Source of the DNA: Callorhinchus milii
Lineage: Eukaryota
Direction: 5' to 3'
Assembly: GCF_018977255.1 (NCBI RefSeq)
Contig: NW_024704743.1
Coordinates: 4,218,001-4,282,000, forward strand
DNA length: 64,000 nt
Both the position numbers and the translations under genes were made by a program. Below the pieces are notes generated by a model that was not told the DNA's origin, searched no databases, and saw only the letters and a list, made by a program, of their open reading frames with translations. Shown here one piece after another: positions 1-12,239 of the stretch; the first letter of the stretch is position 1; each line of letters begins with the position of its first letter.

Positions 1-14
1 CGAACAGTAACAAA

Positions 15-190
15 CCTTTGCATTCGGTACGGCCCCTCATCACGTCTTCGAGACGTCTCAAAGCGCTTCGCAGAATATACCGTGAAGCGAATTGACTGTA
101 TGTTTGTGGGCGGAACAGCGGTAGCCAATTGCGCACAGCAGCGTCCCCGCAAACGGTCGCGGATTGAAGTGACCAATTTATTATTATTTC
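15..190 (-). mobile_element. tRNA/Deu-type SINE 3' half
   Basis: Reverse complement of the family core and tail (cacgtcttcgagacgtctcaaagcgcttc; agccaattgcgcacagcagcgtccc). Confidence 0.8.
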
Positions 191-1233
191 ACTTGCCAAG
201 TAACGCTATTGCCATCTCCTATTTTATGTTGCCGCCTTGGCCAGCTGGTTGGTAGAAGGCCCGGCCAGGAGAGAGAGTGAGAGAGCGAGAGAGCGAGAGA
301 GAGAGAAAAACATATCTGACTTGCTGGACGCTTTCTGATATTTTTACTGTCTTCATTTTGAAAATTTCATATTTAACAAACGTGAAAAAGAAAAGGAAAG
401 GGATGACTATTACCTTGTCATGTGCCGCAGTGCGTAAGAAGATTGGGGTTCTTTTACATGGCTCTGTTAGCGTTGGATGATATGAACTGTTTTTTGGAGT
501 GGGTGCGAGGGAGGGAGGGAGGGAGGGAGGGAGGAAAAAATGTAAAAAAAAATGTAGAATGCAAGTCGAGCCGTGTATATAATAAAATATTGAACGCGCA
601 GCCTTAAAATACTAATGTCCTGTTGAAACGTACACAAACCACAACCGATGAAGCCGTTTGGTTTCCACCGGGACCTCAGTTTCCAGTTTACTCTGGAGTC
701 TCACCAAACCGCTTTTGGTGCCGCTCGATCCACGACTGTTTGTGGGACAGCCCTGTGCGCAATCGGCTGCCTCGTTTCTCCCCGGAAAATACAAGGCCAC
801 GCCACTCGACAGTATATTCTGCCAAGCGCTCTGAGACGTTTCAACGACGGGTGCGAAGGGGAACGGAAGGCGTAACGGCCAGGGGTGTCGTCTTGTCCTT
901 TGTGCGGTATCTTCTTTTCTTCTCTTGTCTTCTTTCCCGGGTCTGTCACAGTAACATCGTGTGAAGCACTTTGAGGGGGTCGGGACGCGGTGATAAGGCA
1001 CTATGCCGGACGCAAGGATTATTTCGGCTTCCCAGAAACGGGGGGGGAACCATCTCAATACAGAAGTTGAAGCGTTTCGTTCAAAAAGGAGCCAGCGTAG
1101 GGGGACAGCTTCGAGGTCTCCACCGTCACACACCCTTGTTGGTGGCTGAGTCACTCCTCACCCTCCAAAACATGCTTCCCATTGGCGCACACTGTAGTGT
1201 TGTAACCACAGCCAACAGCAAGGACCAGTGTCT

Positions 1234-1630
1234 TAACAACAACAACATCAACAACACATTACATTTGCATAGGGCCTTTCACATCAGGCGGACGTCCCGA
1301 AGCCCTGGACAGCCCTCGAAGAGGAGGGACTTGAGACCGGTTTTGAAGGAGGCAAGAGAGGGGGTTGAGGCAGAGGGAGTTGAGGCGGAGGGAGTTCCAG
1401 AGGGTCAGGGGGGCAGAGAGGCTGAAGGTCCGCCCGCCAATGGTGGGGGGGCGGACGAGGAGGGGAGGACGTGAAGCAGGCCGGAGCCCATTGAATGGAG
1501 GGAGCGGGCAGGTTGGAAGGGGCTTCAGGAGGTCACAGAGGTAGGGGGGGAGCAAGGCCGTGGATGGCTTTGAAGGTGAGGACCAGGATCGTGAACTGTA
1601 CTGAGCGTCTCGGCTGGGATCTTGCTGCAA
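1234..1630 (-). mobile_element. L2 LINE 3' fragment
   Basis: (aac)n tail, cctttcacatcaggcggacgtccc stem; ORF 1259..1630 gives PTIGGRTFSLSAPLTLWNSL, typical of the L2/CR1 ORF2 C-terminus. Confidence 0.85.
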
Positions 1631-2384
1631 TGTTGTCGTCTGAAAGTCGTCGCGTCTGTCGTGATCACATCTGATGTGACGTCTGACGATTTCTGACGTC
1701 TCTCACGACTTCAGGCGTCGACAGGGCTGTGTGTTCCCTTGTGTGAAGTAAAGGTGCGGTACATCATAACAACAACAACATAGTCAATCAAAGAGCTTCA
1801 CAGGATTTACCGTAAGTACAGCGACTGTGTATTTTGTAGGGTTGTCTGGGCGTTAGACCGGTTCTAAAATTGTTACCAACTACACATTCGTATAACGGAT
1901 GGTGTTCGGCCATTATCTGGATGAAAATATTTTTATCAGCCAATAATATTCAATCATCCCAACCTCCTTTTTTTCAAAACGCTTTTACCAGGACCTCTCT
2001 CGGCCCAAAGTCTTCAATTTTGCTCGAATCTTTACACCTAGGCAGGTCATTTAATGAATATCCGATGGCATTATCGTATTAAAAGGGATTTGGACGTCCC
2101 GTGATCACAGCCATTAAGCTTAGGAACAGTAGCAATTAGTCTGCTCGCTCCGTGAATGTATTAACTTTGATCTTTTGCGTAATCCTTCCGACACACTTGA
2201 TTTCTATCTACAGTCCACTTCTAAGCCCCTCTCATCTGACCGCCTGCATTGTGTGAGGATGGGAAACTTGGGCTGCAGTCGAACCGGGAGAATTCAAAGG
2301 AATGGAGGGAGAGACAAGAGGGTTTTTTTTCGCATTCCCAAAGCCCTCGCGTCAAGATTTTCTCGAACCCACATAATCTAAGAG

Positions 2385-2700
2385 CTGGGGCAGCGCTGCT
2401 TGTTGGAGGTGCCATCCTTTGGGTGAGATGTTAAACCAAGGTCCCCCGTCTGCCTGTTAAGGTGCACGCTGAACAACCTATTCAGGCACTATTCGGAAAG
2501 AGGAGAGAGATTCTCCCAGGCTCCCGGCCAACAATCCCCCGAACACAATGGGTCACTCAGCTCCATCGCTGGTTTGCGCGACACTTCTGGGCGCAAATTG
2601 GCTGCCGCGTTTGCCTACAGAACAGCAGCGATCCTGTGAAAGACTTTTAAGACGCCTCGATGGCGTGATAAGGCACGATATCAAATGCAAGGTTTATTAA
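2385..2700 (+). mobile_element. Older Deu-domain SINE (AmnSINE1/SacSINE1-like)
   Basis: ggaggtgccatcctttgggtgagatgttaaaccaaggtcccc..ggccaacaatccc..caaattggctgccgcgtttgcctac plus L2-type tail. Family name is from recall. Confidence 0.7.
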
Positions 2701-3329
2701 TTCATTATGAAATATTAACTCTGCAATAGCAGACCACACCAATCAGTACTTATGTGTCGAGGGGTGCCACCTGCTGGTCTTCCTTAAATAACTAATGGAT
2801 CCCCCCCATTTTACCCCCTCGAATCACTTCATTTCGCAGCACCAATAAGCCTTTTTGGCTCATCGGGCCTTTATCAGCCTCTGACAGAGATATCCCACTC
2901 CCCTGCCCTTTCTTAATAATAATCCTTACGTTTGATGTAGGACCTTTCCCATCAGGAGGACGTCTCAAAGCGCTTCACAGGATATACTATGAAGTGTAGT
3001 GACTGTGCATTTTGTGGGAGAACGCAGCAGTGAATTTTGCACATAGCTATGTCCCTCAAACATCCATGACGTGAATGGACAATTTGATTTGGTGGATTGC
3101 TGACCAGGAAACCGGGAGAAATCCCCTTTCCTTTTTGAACGGTTTATTTTGACCCTTAACATCCCACCTGGACAGGCAGACTGGCCCCTTCACCACCGCC
3201 TGCTTCCCCCCTTCCCCTCATCTCCCACCCTGCTCAGGATTGCAACACACCCGTGAAGTGCATCGGAACGTCAGCCCAGAACTACATGAGTTCAAATTCA
3301 TGAAAAGAGAAGGAAACAGGAGGCAAAGA

Positions 3330-3708
3330 GATCCTGTAGCTCAGTGGTTAGAGCGCTCGCCTCGCAAGCGAGAGACCCCGGTGTGATTTCCAGCAGGGCG
3401 AAATTTGGGCAAGTTTCCTTACCCCGCGCTCCTCTGTGTACCTCGCAGTGAGTAGGAACCCGGTTGTCAGTTGATTAGTGGATCGCTTTTCCGGGGGTAA
3501 TAATTCCTTCAAAAAAAATTGGTCACTCAAACCACAACTGACTGACACAATTGACACCGCCGGACACAATTGGCTGCCTCGTTCCACCCACAAATACATA
3601 GTCAATTCACGTTACCGTGTATTCTGTGAAGCGCTTTGAGACGTCTCAAAGACCTGATAAGGCACTATATCAAATGCAAGGATTATTATTATTATTATTA
3701 TTATTATT
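3330..3708 (+). mobile_element. tRNA-headed SINE, long form, full length
   Basis: A-box tagctcagtggttagagc, central cctctgtgtacctcgcagtgagtaggaacccgg, Deu-like core, (att)n tail. Confidence 0.9.
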
Positions 3709-4021
3709 AAAAAAAAACTTTGGGGGGCAAGAAATATTGGTGAAGAAGAAAAAAAGAATTGATGCCATTTGGAGTGGAATTCATTCGAGCCTAAATATAG
3801 GTATTCGATGTTTAAAGGGGTTAATGAGGGATAGAGCTATTAATAAATGGAGTCACAAGGTGAAGCATAAGGGATTTGTGTGTGATAAATGAAGGGGAGA
3901 ATGAATGTCATTCAGCGATATCTGCTCCGAGAATCGCGGCTCACTCCAGCAAATTCCCGTCAACGCGATCCGAAAAGAGAAACGTGTAAACGTTTAGGGC
4001 GGAGAAAATTCTTGCACGGAA

Positions 4022-4381
4022 GTAATAATAATCCTTGCAATTTGATACAGCGACTTATCACGTCTTCGAGACGTCTCAAAGCGCTCCGCAAGAGGATAGA
4101 CTGCAAAGCGAATTGACGGTATAATTGGTGGGCGAAACGCGGCAGCCAATGGCGCACAAACAGTCGTGGATCGAGTGACCAAATTATTATGCTTTTTTTG
4201 AAAGGATTATTACCCCCAGAAAAGCGATCGGTCAATCGACTAAAACCGGGTTCCTACTTACTGATAGGTAAACAGAGGCGTGTGGAGTAAGGAAACTTGC
4301 CCAAGGATTCGCCCCGTCCGGGAATCGAACCCAGACCCTCTCGCTGGCGAGGCGAGTGCTCTAACCACTGAGCTACAGGAC
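4022..4381 (-). mobile_element. tRNA-headed SINE, long form, full length
   Basis: Reverse complement of head (gctctaaccactgagctacaggac), B-box (ggaatcgaacc) and tail. Confidence 0.9.
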
Positions 4382-4651
4382 AAAAGACGAGAGGGGAATA
4401 GTGGAGGCAAGGATGGAGTATAAACACCGAGGTGGACTAGCTGGGCGGGAATGGGCTCTTTCCTTGCCGCATCACTCTATGTAATTCTGCAGGGAGTCCA
4501 CAAAATCCTGTCACCCCGCGTTACAGTGTGATAGGAGGCTACGGATGAGCTGAAACAAGCTGTCAGAGAGACGCAGTCAGCCTCGTCACTGACTCCATCC
4601 ATGTCACAGAAGATGTCACACCAAACATGGCAACAGATCATTCAATGATGG

Positions 4652-4848
4652 CACGCACTCACTCGCTCGCTCGCTCGCTCATTCACTCACTCACTCACGC
4701 ACTCACACACACTCACTCACTCACACTCACTCACTCACTCAGACACTCACTCACTCACCCACACACACACTCACTCATACACTCACTCACCCACTCACAC
4801 ACACACACACACACTCACTCACTCACACACTCACTCACTCACTCACAC
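4652..4848 (+). repeat. Compound (CACT)n/(CA)n/(CGCT)n microsatellite
   Basis: Direct inspection. Confidence 0.95.
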
Positions 4849-4959
4849 CAATCTTCTTGACGTCAAAATACAATTAAAACACTTTGTACTGAATACGACA
4901 AAATCCTTCCAAATACGATGATCGTCCTTCTCCCACATGTTTCAGTTCTCGCTCAGTGC

Positions 4960-5212
4960 ACTGCAGGAAAACAAAATGGGGGGCAGCAGAACGTTGCAAA
5001 TCACGGTACCGTCCAGTGAAGGAGAGCTCATACGTTGCTTTAAAAGGGAATTAGCTAAATGCTCGGAAAAAGGGAAGGATGCTAAAGGATATGGGGAGCC
5101 AGTGGGAGAGTGGACCAGACGTGGAAGTGGCTGATGTGAAGATAACCAGGTTTCAAGTGCAGGTTTCATGGCCCGAGGTGTCTCGGCTTCTGTGCTGTAA
5201 CAGTTCAGGATC
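4960..5212 (+). mobile_element. Degraded CR1-clade LINE 3' end
   Basis: tttaaaagggaattag..aaaggatatgggga..ttctgtgctgtaacagttc resembles a CR1 ORF2 end and 3' UTR. Confidence 0.5.
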
Positions 5213-5508
5213 CAGTGCCGCGAAGGATCGAGGAATATTCAGACTCTTTTTTTATTGATGGGTGGCTTTGCCTGTGCCAGCAAACCCCTTGTGTGTGTCA
5301 GCCTGGCTCAGGTAATGTCACTCTCGCTTCTGAGTCAGAAGGTGATGGGTTCCAACCTCACGTCAGAACCTGAAGCTCACAGTCTAGTCTTGACGCTCAC
5401 CACCCTTTTAGAGTATATCCTGTGAAGCGCCTTAGACATGTGAAAGGCGCCATACCAAGTGTAGGGATCATAATTATTATTATTCACACCTGCATCATCT
5501 CTAAGCAT

Positions 5509-5899
5509 GGAGTGCTGTAGCTCAGTGGTTAGAGCACTCGCCTCACAGCAAGCGATTAGACCTGGGTTCGATTCCCGGTCAGGGCGAAACGTTGGGCAAG
5601 TTTCCTTACTCCACACTCTCTTTACCTAATTGGAACCCGGTTGTTAGTCGATTGGCGGATCGCTTTTCCGGGGGTAATAATCCTTTCAAAAGTAAAAATA
5701 ATAATAATATATTCGATCACTCAATCCACGACTGTTTGTGTGGGGACGCTGCTGTGCGCAATTGGCTGCCGCGTTTCGCCCACGAAATGTACAGTCAGTT
5801 CGCTTCACAGTATGATCTGTGAAGCGCTTTGAGACGTCTCGAAGACGTGATAAGGCGCTGTGTCAAATGCGAGGATTATTATTGTTATTATGATTATTA
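5509..5899 (+). mobile_element. tRNA-headed SINE, long form, full length
   Basis: A-box tagctcagtgg, B-box ggttcgattcc, core and (att)n tail. Confidence 0.9.
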
Positions 5900-6369
5900 C
5901 TTGAAGAAAGGCAGACCCTGCCTGCAATTCTACATCTCGTCTGCTTTGAACTGCTTTACTGAGGCAATGGGCCACATCCGTCTGGCGGGAGATAAGCAAT
6001 GTAACAAAGAGGAATACACCAGCAGAGAACTGCCATTGCGTGAGGAATGGTGTTGACCGACTTTTCCGTTTTTTAACAAAAAAGAGCACGCCACGGCTAG
6101 CGGAACAGTAATGATTTCGGAACGCTCACGGGCCAAACCTGATCCCGTGCCCCAGGAGAGATCCCTGCGTGGGATTCTCACGGATCAATTACATTCCGAA
6201 TCCTGCTGGATTTCAGGTTACAAAACGACCCACCCGGGAAGCGGGGGGTTTTGAACGGAAACAAATCGCCTTCTTCATCGCTCTCGCTGATCCCCATCCA
6301 CGGTCCTGGTACTTCAGATGTGCTTAGCATCGACAAGTCGGGCAAAGCACAATCTTGCGTTGACTTACC

Positions 6370-6560
6370 TGCCGTTCCACTGGCACTGGTCTGCTCCACA
6401 TCCCCCGCCCTAACCGCCCTACCATCGGTGGTCGGGCCTTCAGCCTCTCAGCCCCGAGGCTCTGGAACTCCATCCCCCAGTGCCTTCACCGCTTTCTCCC
6501 TTTCCTCCTTCAAGGCCGGTCTCAAGACCTTTCTCTTTGACCGTGCCTTCAGCTCCCCTC
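6370..6560 (+). mobile_element. L2 LINE 3' fragment
   Basis: ccatcggtggtcgggccttcagcctctcagcccc..ctctggaactccatccc..ttcaaggccggtctcaagacc; explains part of ORF 6251..6961. Confidence 0.8.
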
Positions 6561-7478
6561 TCGACGGAGTCCTGTCTGTCTGTGTACCTTCCAACAGCCT
6601 TCCAGATTATTCCGTCGTTCACCTTGCGTCTGTTTGTCGGATTCTACTGGTGAAATTGATCATTAAATTGGCTGCTGTGTTTACCTACAACTCGGGTCAC
6701 TGGACTCAACAAACATTACTCGTGAAGCAATTTTGTTTTGGGAGCCAGGTGTCTGGTACATCTGCAAACACATCCCCCACGCTACAGAGTTTAGAGCAAC
6801 CAAGCCAGACTAAGAGATCCACATACGTGTGCGATCTACACATGGAAATTTCCCTTTGCCTGAAATGCAATGCGTATTCATTCTCTCGCCGGAGGGATGT
6901 ACCCTGCGTACCTAATTCAGGAGCGTATCGGGTGCAAGTTGGCAAGAGGTTTTGCTTGTGAAACATCTAAGCCATTGAGCGATGAGACACGATACAAATG
7001 CAAAAGTTTTTTTTTTTCTTTGAGCAACTCCCAGTCAGTCCTCTTTACACCTGGACTGGACTGCACTGGACATGCACGGTTTTAAAATGACTCTTGCCTT
7101 CATTAGTCGTGGAATTGAATACAAGAAGTAAACCTTTTCGCTTTTATTTTACATGCCAGCTCTTGGTATCAGCTGTTCATATGGGCACAGCAGATGTCTA
7201 CAGTCATGTCATTAGGCACAGTCAAATTACTAGGGTGCTGCAAATTGGTGATGAGGCCACCTATGTTCACATATTCCATGTAAAATCTGGGCCACTTGCT
7301 TAACTGCTAATGAAAATATTGAATCATACTTTCACAACAACAACAACAACAAAATTACATTTGTATAGCGCCTTTCACGTCGGCAAAATGTCCCAAGGCG
7401 CTGGACAGTCAGTGTTTTGGACCCGAGCTGGGGATCAAATTGTTTAATTCAGTGCTGAGAATGGGCTGTATTGTATAT

Positions 7479-7854
7479 AATAATAACAATAATAATCCTT
7501 ACATTTGATATGGCACCTCATCACATCTTTGAGACGTCTCAAAGCGCTTCACAGAATATACCGTAAAGTGAATTGACTGAATATTTTGTGGGCGAAACGC
7601 GGCAGCCGATTGCTTACAACGGCGTCCCACAAGCAGTCGTGGATTGAGTGACCAAATTATTATTCTTTTTTAAAACAAATTTGAAGGAATTATCACCCCC
7701 AGAAAAGTGATCCGCCAATCAACAAACAGCCGGGTTCACCACTTACTGTTAGGTAAACAGAGGCGTGTGGGGTAAGGAAACTTGCCTCAGGTTTCGCTCT
7801 GCCCAGGAATCAAACCCAGGTCCTCTCGCTCCAACCACTAAGCTACGGGACTCC
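7479..7854 (-). mobile_element. tRNA-headed SINE, long form
   Basis: Reverse complement of the family consensus from tail to head. Confidence 0.88.
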
Positions 7855-7864
7855 ATTATAAGAA

Positions 7865-8150
7865 GTGCATCAGATGAGTTGTTAAACATTTGCCCCGTCT
7901 GCCTGGTCAGGGAGACGATAAAGATTCCACGGCACTGTTCGAAAAGGGGAGAGAGTTCTCCTCGCGTCCTGGCCAACAAGCCTCCGAGCAAGATTGGTCA
8001 CTTACTTCATAGCAGTTTGTGGGACATTGCTGTGCACAAATTTGGCTGTCACGCTGATTTAGAAAATGCACAGTCACTCCACTTCATGGCAAAATCCCGT
8101 GAAGCGCTTTGAGATATTCCAGCACTCCAAAACATAAACGCAAGTTGTTG
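7865..8150 (+). mobile_element. Older Deu-domain SINE fragment
   Basis: cagatgagttgttaaac..ccacggcactgttcgaaa..agttctcc..tcctggccaaca..gtttgtgggacattgctgtgcacaaatttggctg. Confidence 0.65.
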
Positions 8151-8576
8151 GGGTTGGCATTTCATTGATGTGACGATGTGCTGCAGCAAACGCAAAGGAT
8201 CATTAATATAATATGTATGTTATTATGTATTACAATTATTATTTTAATTGGAAAAGGAGGCAAGTATCAAAAGAGAGACAGGCAGTGTCTCGTTCCAGAA
8301 TTTCAAACTAGAAATATCTCAAGTCTGTTTCAACAAGATAGCTTTTGGTTCAACGAATTACACAATGCCAGGAGTGGTTTATTCATTAATTCTTTAACGA
8401 GAGCAATGATGTTCTAACCAGTAATCAATTCTAAAAACAAATTCACAAACTATTTGTTCAGACAGGAAAGGGCTGAGGTGACGCTGATAAAAGATATCGG
8501 AACTACTAGCTCAATTAATTGCTGAATGCTTGCTTGGTATTGTCTAGAGTGGCCACAAAGTCCTGTTACCCCTGTA

Positions 8577-8806
8577 GTTTCCTTACTCCACACAGAGCCT
8601 AATAATAATCCCTCCAAAACCAACAATAAAAATTGGTCATTTTCAATCTACGACTGTTTGTGGGACATTGCTGTGTGCAATTGGCTGCCGCGTTCGCCCA
8701 CAAATATGCAGTCAATTCACTTTACAGTGTGTTCTGTGAAGCGCTTTTGGACGTCCTCCCGACGTGAAAAGCGCTATATCAAATGCAAGGATTATTATTA
8801 TTATTG
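8577..8806 (+). mobile_element. SINE short subfamily, 5'-truncated
   Basis: Diagnostic ccacacagagcctaataataatccctcc and tail ggacgtcctcccgacgtgaaaagcgc. Confidence 0.88.
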
Positions 8807-9399
8807 TTTTCCTACAGTGCACTGACCAATAACTGAAACATGTGGAAGAATGATGATCATTGTGTTTAGTAGAAGTTATTTAATTGTAGTCAATGCAAGT
8901 GTTTAACTGTATTTAGACGTCCAGAGGTTCGGGCTTGAGTGTGAGTGAGTGAGTGAGAGCCATCATTTTCGTGGCTGATAATGATCAGTACCTCATCTTC
9001 CGTTACGTGGATGGAGTGAGGAGGAGAAATGCATCTCTGAGGCTTGTTTCAGCTCCTCCGTTGTCTCACATGGCTGTTTTGTAATGGGGGTAACGGGACT
9101 TTGTGGACACCCTGTACATTTAGTCACTTGACATATTTTCTACATGGGCACAGATCCGTGAAACATCCCGCAATGAGGCGTTTGTATTTGATTTCCTACT
9201 TTAATAACCACGCTGGTGAATATCCCCACAGTGTTTTCTTTCATTAGTTATTTGCCACAGATTAGGAACGGTCAGAAACTTTAATGTTTGATAGCGTTCC
9301 CTGCAACAAGAGCTGTCTCAAATGTCCCGGTATTTTACGTACTGCGTCTCAAAATAAAACGTTTGATTTGCTCATTGTCCCCCCTACTGGCCATTCCAT

Positions 9400-9702
9400 T
9401 ATAATAAAAATAATAATAATAGTCCTTGCGTTTGATATAGCGCCTTATCACGTCTTCGAGACGTCTCGAAGCGCTTCACAGAATATGCTATAAAGTGAAT
9501 TGACTGTAATATTTTGTAGGTGAAACGCAGCAGCCAATTGCACACAGCAGCGTCCCCACAAACAGCGGTGGATTGAAGTGATCAATTTATTATTTTTTAA
9601 AGGAATTATTTCCCCTGGAAAAGCGATCCGTCAATCGACTAACAACCGGGTTACTACCTACTGCGAGGTAAACAGTGGCGTGTGGAGTAAGGAAACTTGG
9701 CC
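9400..9702 (-). mobile_element. tRNA-headed SINE, long form, head missing
   Basis: Reverse complement of tail, core and central segment. Confidence 0.85.
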
Positions 9703-10564
9703 AGTGTTTTTCCCTGGAAGAGGATGCAAGACAGGAGATCTTTAAATTTTTCAGCAGAAGTGTTTTGAAGTGCCGTGCGATCTTTAACGTCCACTTGAAC
9801 AGGCAAACAGAACCTCGGGTTAACGTCTCACCCGACAGACAGCACCTGTTACAATGCAACGCTCCCCCAGCAATGCGTCGGGAGAGTCAGTCCAGATTGA
9901 ACCCGATGTAGGGCTTGAAGCAGGAACGTTTGGTGAAAGTGCTCCCAAAGGAGCGAGGTGGAGATCTGATATCAAAATGAAACCAATCCTAATAAGAGGC
10001 TTAAATTCAAGTTTCTGTGGTTTTAAGCTTGTAAAATGTCTTTCCTACCTCAAGCTGTTGCAGTATCCAAGGATGTAAGGGAATAAGTTCAAGCTCCTAT
10101 ATTTCTACAAATACTGCACTATCTCAGCAACTGAGGCACTCTTGTTGTGAAAGCAGCCTCTTTATTTTTAACTGAGGATTAATTTCTCAACTGCTGCAGT
10201 GGCCCATGATACTTAACATAAGCCAGTCAGATCCAAGTACATTTTAAACGCTGATTTGAAACCCGCAAGAAGACCAGATCACAACCACTAATTATTAAAC
10301 GCTCCGTACGGTGTGAAGCTGCTCCGAGCAGTTTTACAGAGAAGGCGTTGAACGGTCTGTGTGGCAAAGAAAGCAGCCTTCGTAATTGAACTAAACCGAG
10401 CAGAAAACGCAAGACAGGAGCTTTCTGTGGGCTCCCACAATAGCCGAGCACGATGGTACTTTACCCCTTCGGTCATTCGCAAGATTGGTTCAGATGAAGA
10501 GGACCCTTTGATCCATCTCATCCTTCAAGTGCGAGGCAAGATAAGTGAATATCAGCAGGCCATT

Positions 10565-10840
10565 TATAATAAATAATAATAATCCTTGCACGTGATATAT
10601 CGCCTGATCACGTCTTCGAGGCGTTTCAAAACGCTTCACGGTATACACTGTAAAGTGTAGTGGCTGCGTGTTTTGCGGGTGAAACACGGCAGCCAATTGC
10701 GCACAGCGACACCCCACAGAAAGTCCTGGATTGAGTGACCAAATTATTATTATTTTGATTTATTCTTTAGAGGGATTAACTCCAGAAAGCCATCCGACTG
10801 ATAAGTCGGTTCCTACTTACCGAGGCGTGCGTGTGGAGTA
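10565..10840 (-). mobile_element. SINE long form, partial
   Basis: Reverse complement of tail and core. Confidence 0.8.
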
Positions 10841-10901
10841 TTTGGGCGTGGAGGGCCCATCTGATCACGGAAGGCATCCCATGCGATTCTAACCCTGTTA
10901 A

Positions 10902-11215
10902 CGTGTCAGCCTGAATCGGTAGCACTCTCGCCTCGCTGTCAGAAGGTTGTGGGTTCAATCCCTAGGTCAGGATTGTGAATTCACATCGTCCAGATCGACA
11001 CTCGAGTGCAGTGTTGGGGGGGTGGGGGTCTGCTTCATTTTTGGAAGGGCGGTCACTGGGATTTGACGTTAAAATCCCACACGGCACTATTCAAGAAGGG
11101 AAAGGAGTTTTCTCAGAAACTTTCTGAACTCTCAATCCTCCCCCCCCCCCCCGCCCCCCAAATGAAATTGGTCATTCACCTCATGGCTGTTTGCGGGACA
11201 TTGCTGTGTGCTAAC
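10902..11215 (+). mobile_element. Older Deu-domain SINE with tRNA-like head
   Basis: gtgtcagcctgaatcggtagcactctcgcctcgctgtcagaaggttgtgggttcaatcc head, followed by Deu-like segments. Confidence 0.65.
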
Positions 11216-11519
11216 GATTCAACGCGTTCTCTCCGTAAAATTAAATCGCAGCATCCAAACTGTTGCCCTAGCCCGATGGAACGGGAGTCAAAGCTGCAAC
11301 CTTTCTGCCTGCACGGCTCAGTGCTGAGGACACCTCACAAGTCCGTTTGGGAAGGGGATTTCATTGCGATTATAAACTATTCTTCTGTACGTTTCACATG
11401 TACTCTAGTTTGTAGGGTTTCCACGTGCAGTTGTGTAGGACTGAGCTGAAAAGGTAACCTGCTTACTTGGTGTACTTGGCGTGAAAGGACGTTTTACATC
11501 ACAATTTGCTGTAAAAAAA

Positions 11520-12151
11520 AAAGTAATCCTTGCATTTGATATTGTACCTTATCACACGCCATTGAGCCGTCTCAAAGCGCTTCACAGAATATACTGTAAA
11601 GTGAATTGACCCACCCACCCGCCCCACCATTGGCGGGAGAGCCTTCAGCCACTCTGCCCCCAACCTCTGGAATTCCATCTCCAATCACTCCGCCTCACCC
11701 CTCCTTAGCCTCCTTCAAGTCCCGCCTCAAGACCCTCCTCTTCGACCGTGCCATCGGCCACCCCCCTTCCCCTCCCCTCCCTTTTCCCCCTGACCCCAGC
11801 TCGGGTCTGAAACGCTGTCCACTGTGCAGTGCCTTGGAACGTCCTCCCGACGTGAAAGGCGCTATACAAATGTAATCATGTTGTTGTTGTTGACTGTATG
11901 TTTTGTGGGCGAAACGCGGCAGCCAATTGCGCACAGCAGTGTCCCGCAAATAAATTATTTTATTGATTGGATTTTTATTACCCCCGGAAAGTGATCCGTC
12001 AACCAACTAACAACCAGGTTTCTACTTAGCGCTCGGTAAATAGAGGCGGGTGAGTAATGAAACTTGCCTTGAGTTTCACCTGCCCAGGTATCTAAGCCCA
12101 GGGCCTCTTGCTTGTGAGGCGAGCAAGCTAATCAATATACTACACAATTCC
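11520..12151 (-). mobile_element. SINE long form split by an L2 insertion
   Basis: SINE sequence breaks at gtgaattgac (11610) and resumes at ttgactgtatg (11890). Confidence 0.82.
11611..11889 (+). mobile_element. L2 3' fragment nested in a SINE, TTGAC duplicated
   Basis: ccaccattggcgggagagccttcagcc..ctctggaattcc; tail ggaacgtcctcccgacgtgaaaggcgctatacaaatg(ttg)n. Confidence 0.85.
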
Positions 12152-12239
12152 AATCCTACTGTACAAGTTGCACTTTGATTTCAGTAAAAACTCTACAACT
12201 CTCGTCGTGAATATAAAACACTCTTATTCGATGGCCAAG

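Noticed and set aside
4627..4860. His/Thr/Ser/Leu-rich ORF
   Set aside because: Translation of a (CACT)n microsatellite.
5509..5585. tRNA-Ala-like sequences (A-box, B-box, CGC/TGC anticodon-like loops) here and at many other sites
   Set aside because: Each runs straight into a SINE body and has no proper acceptor stem; they are SINE heads, not tRNA genes.
6251..6961. 236-aa ORF
   Set aside because: Chance read-through across an L2 fragment; no coherent domain.
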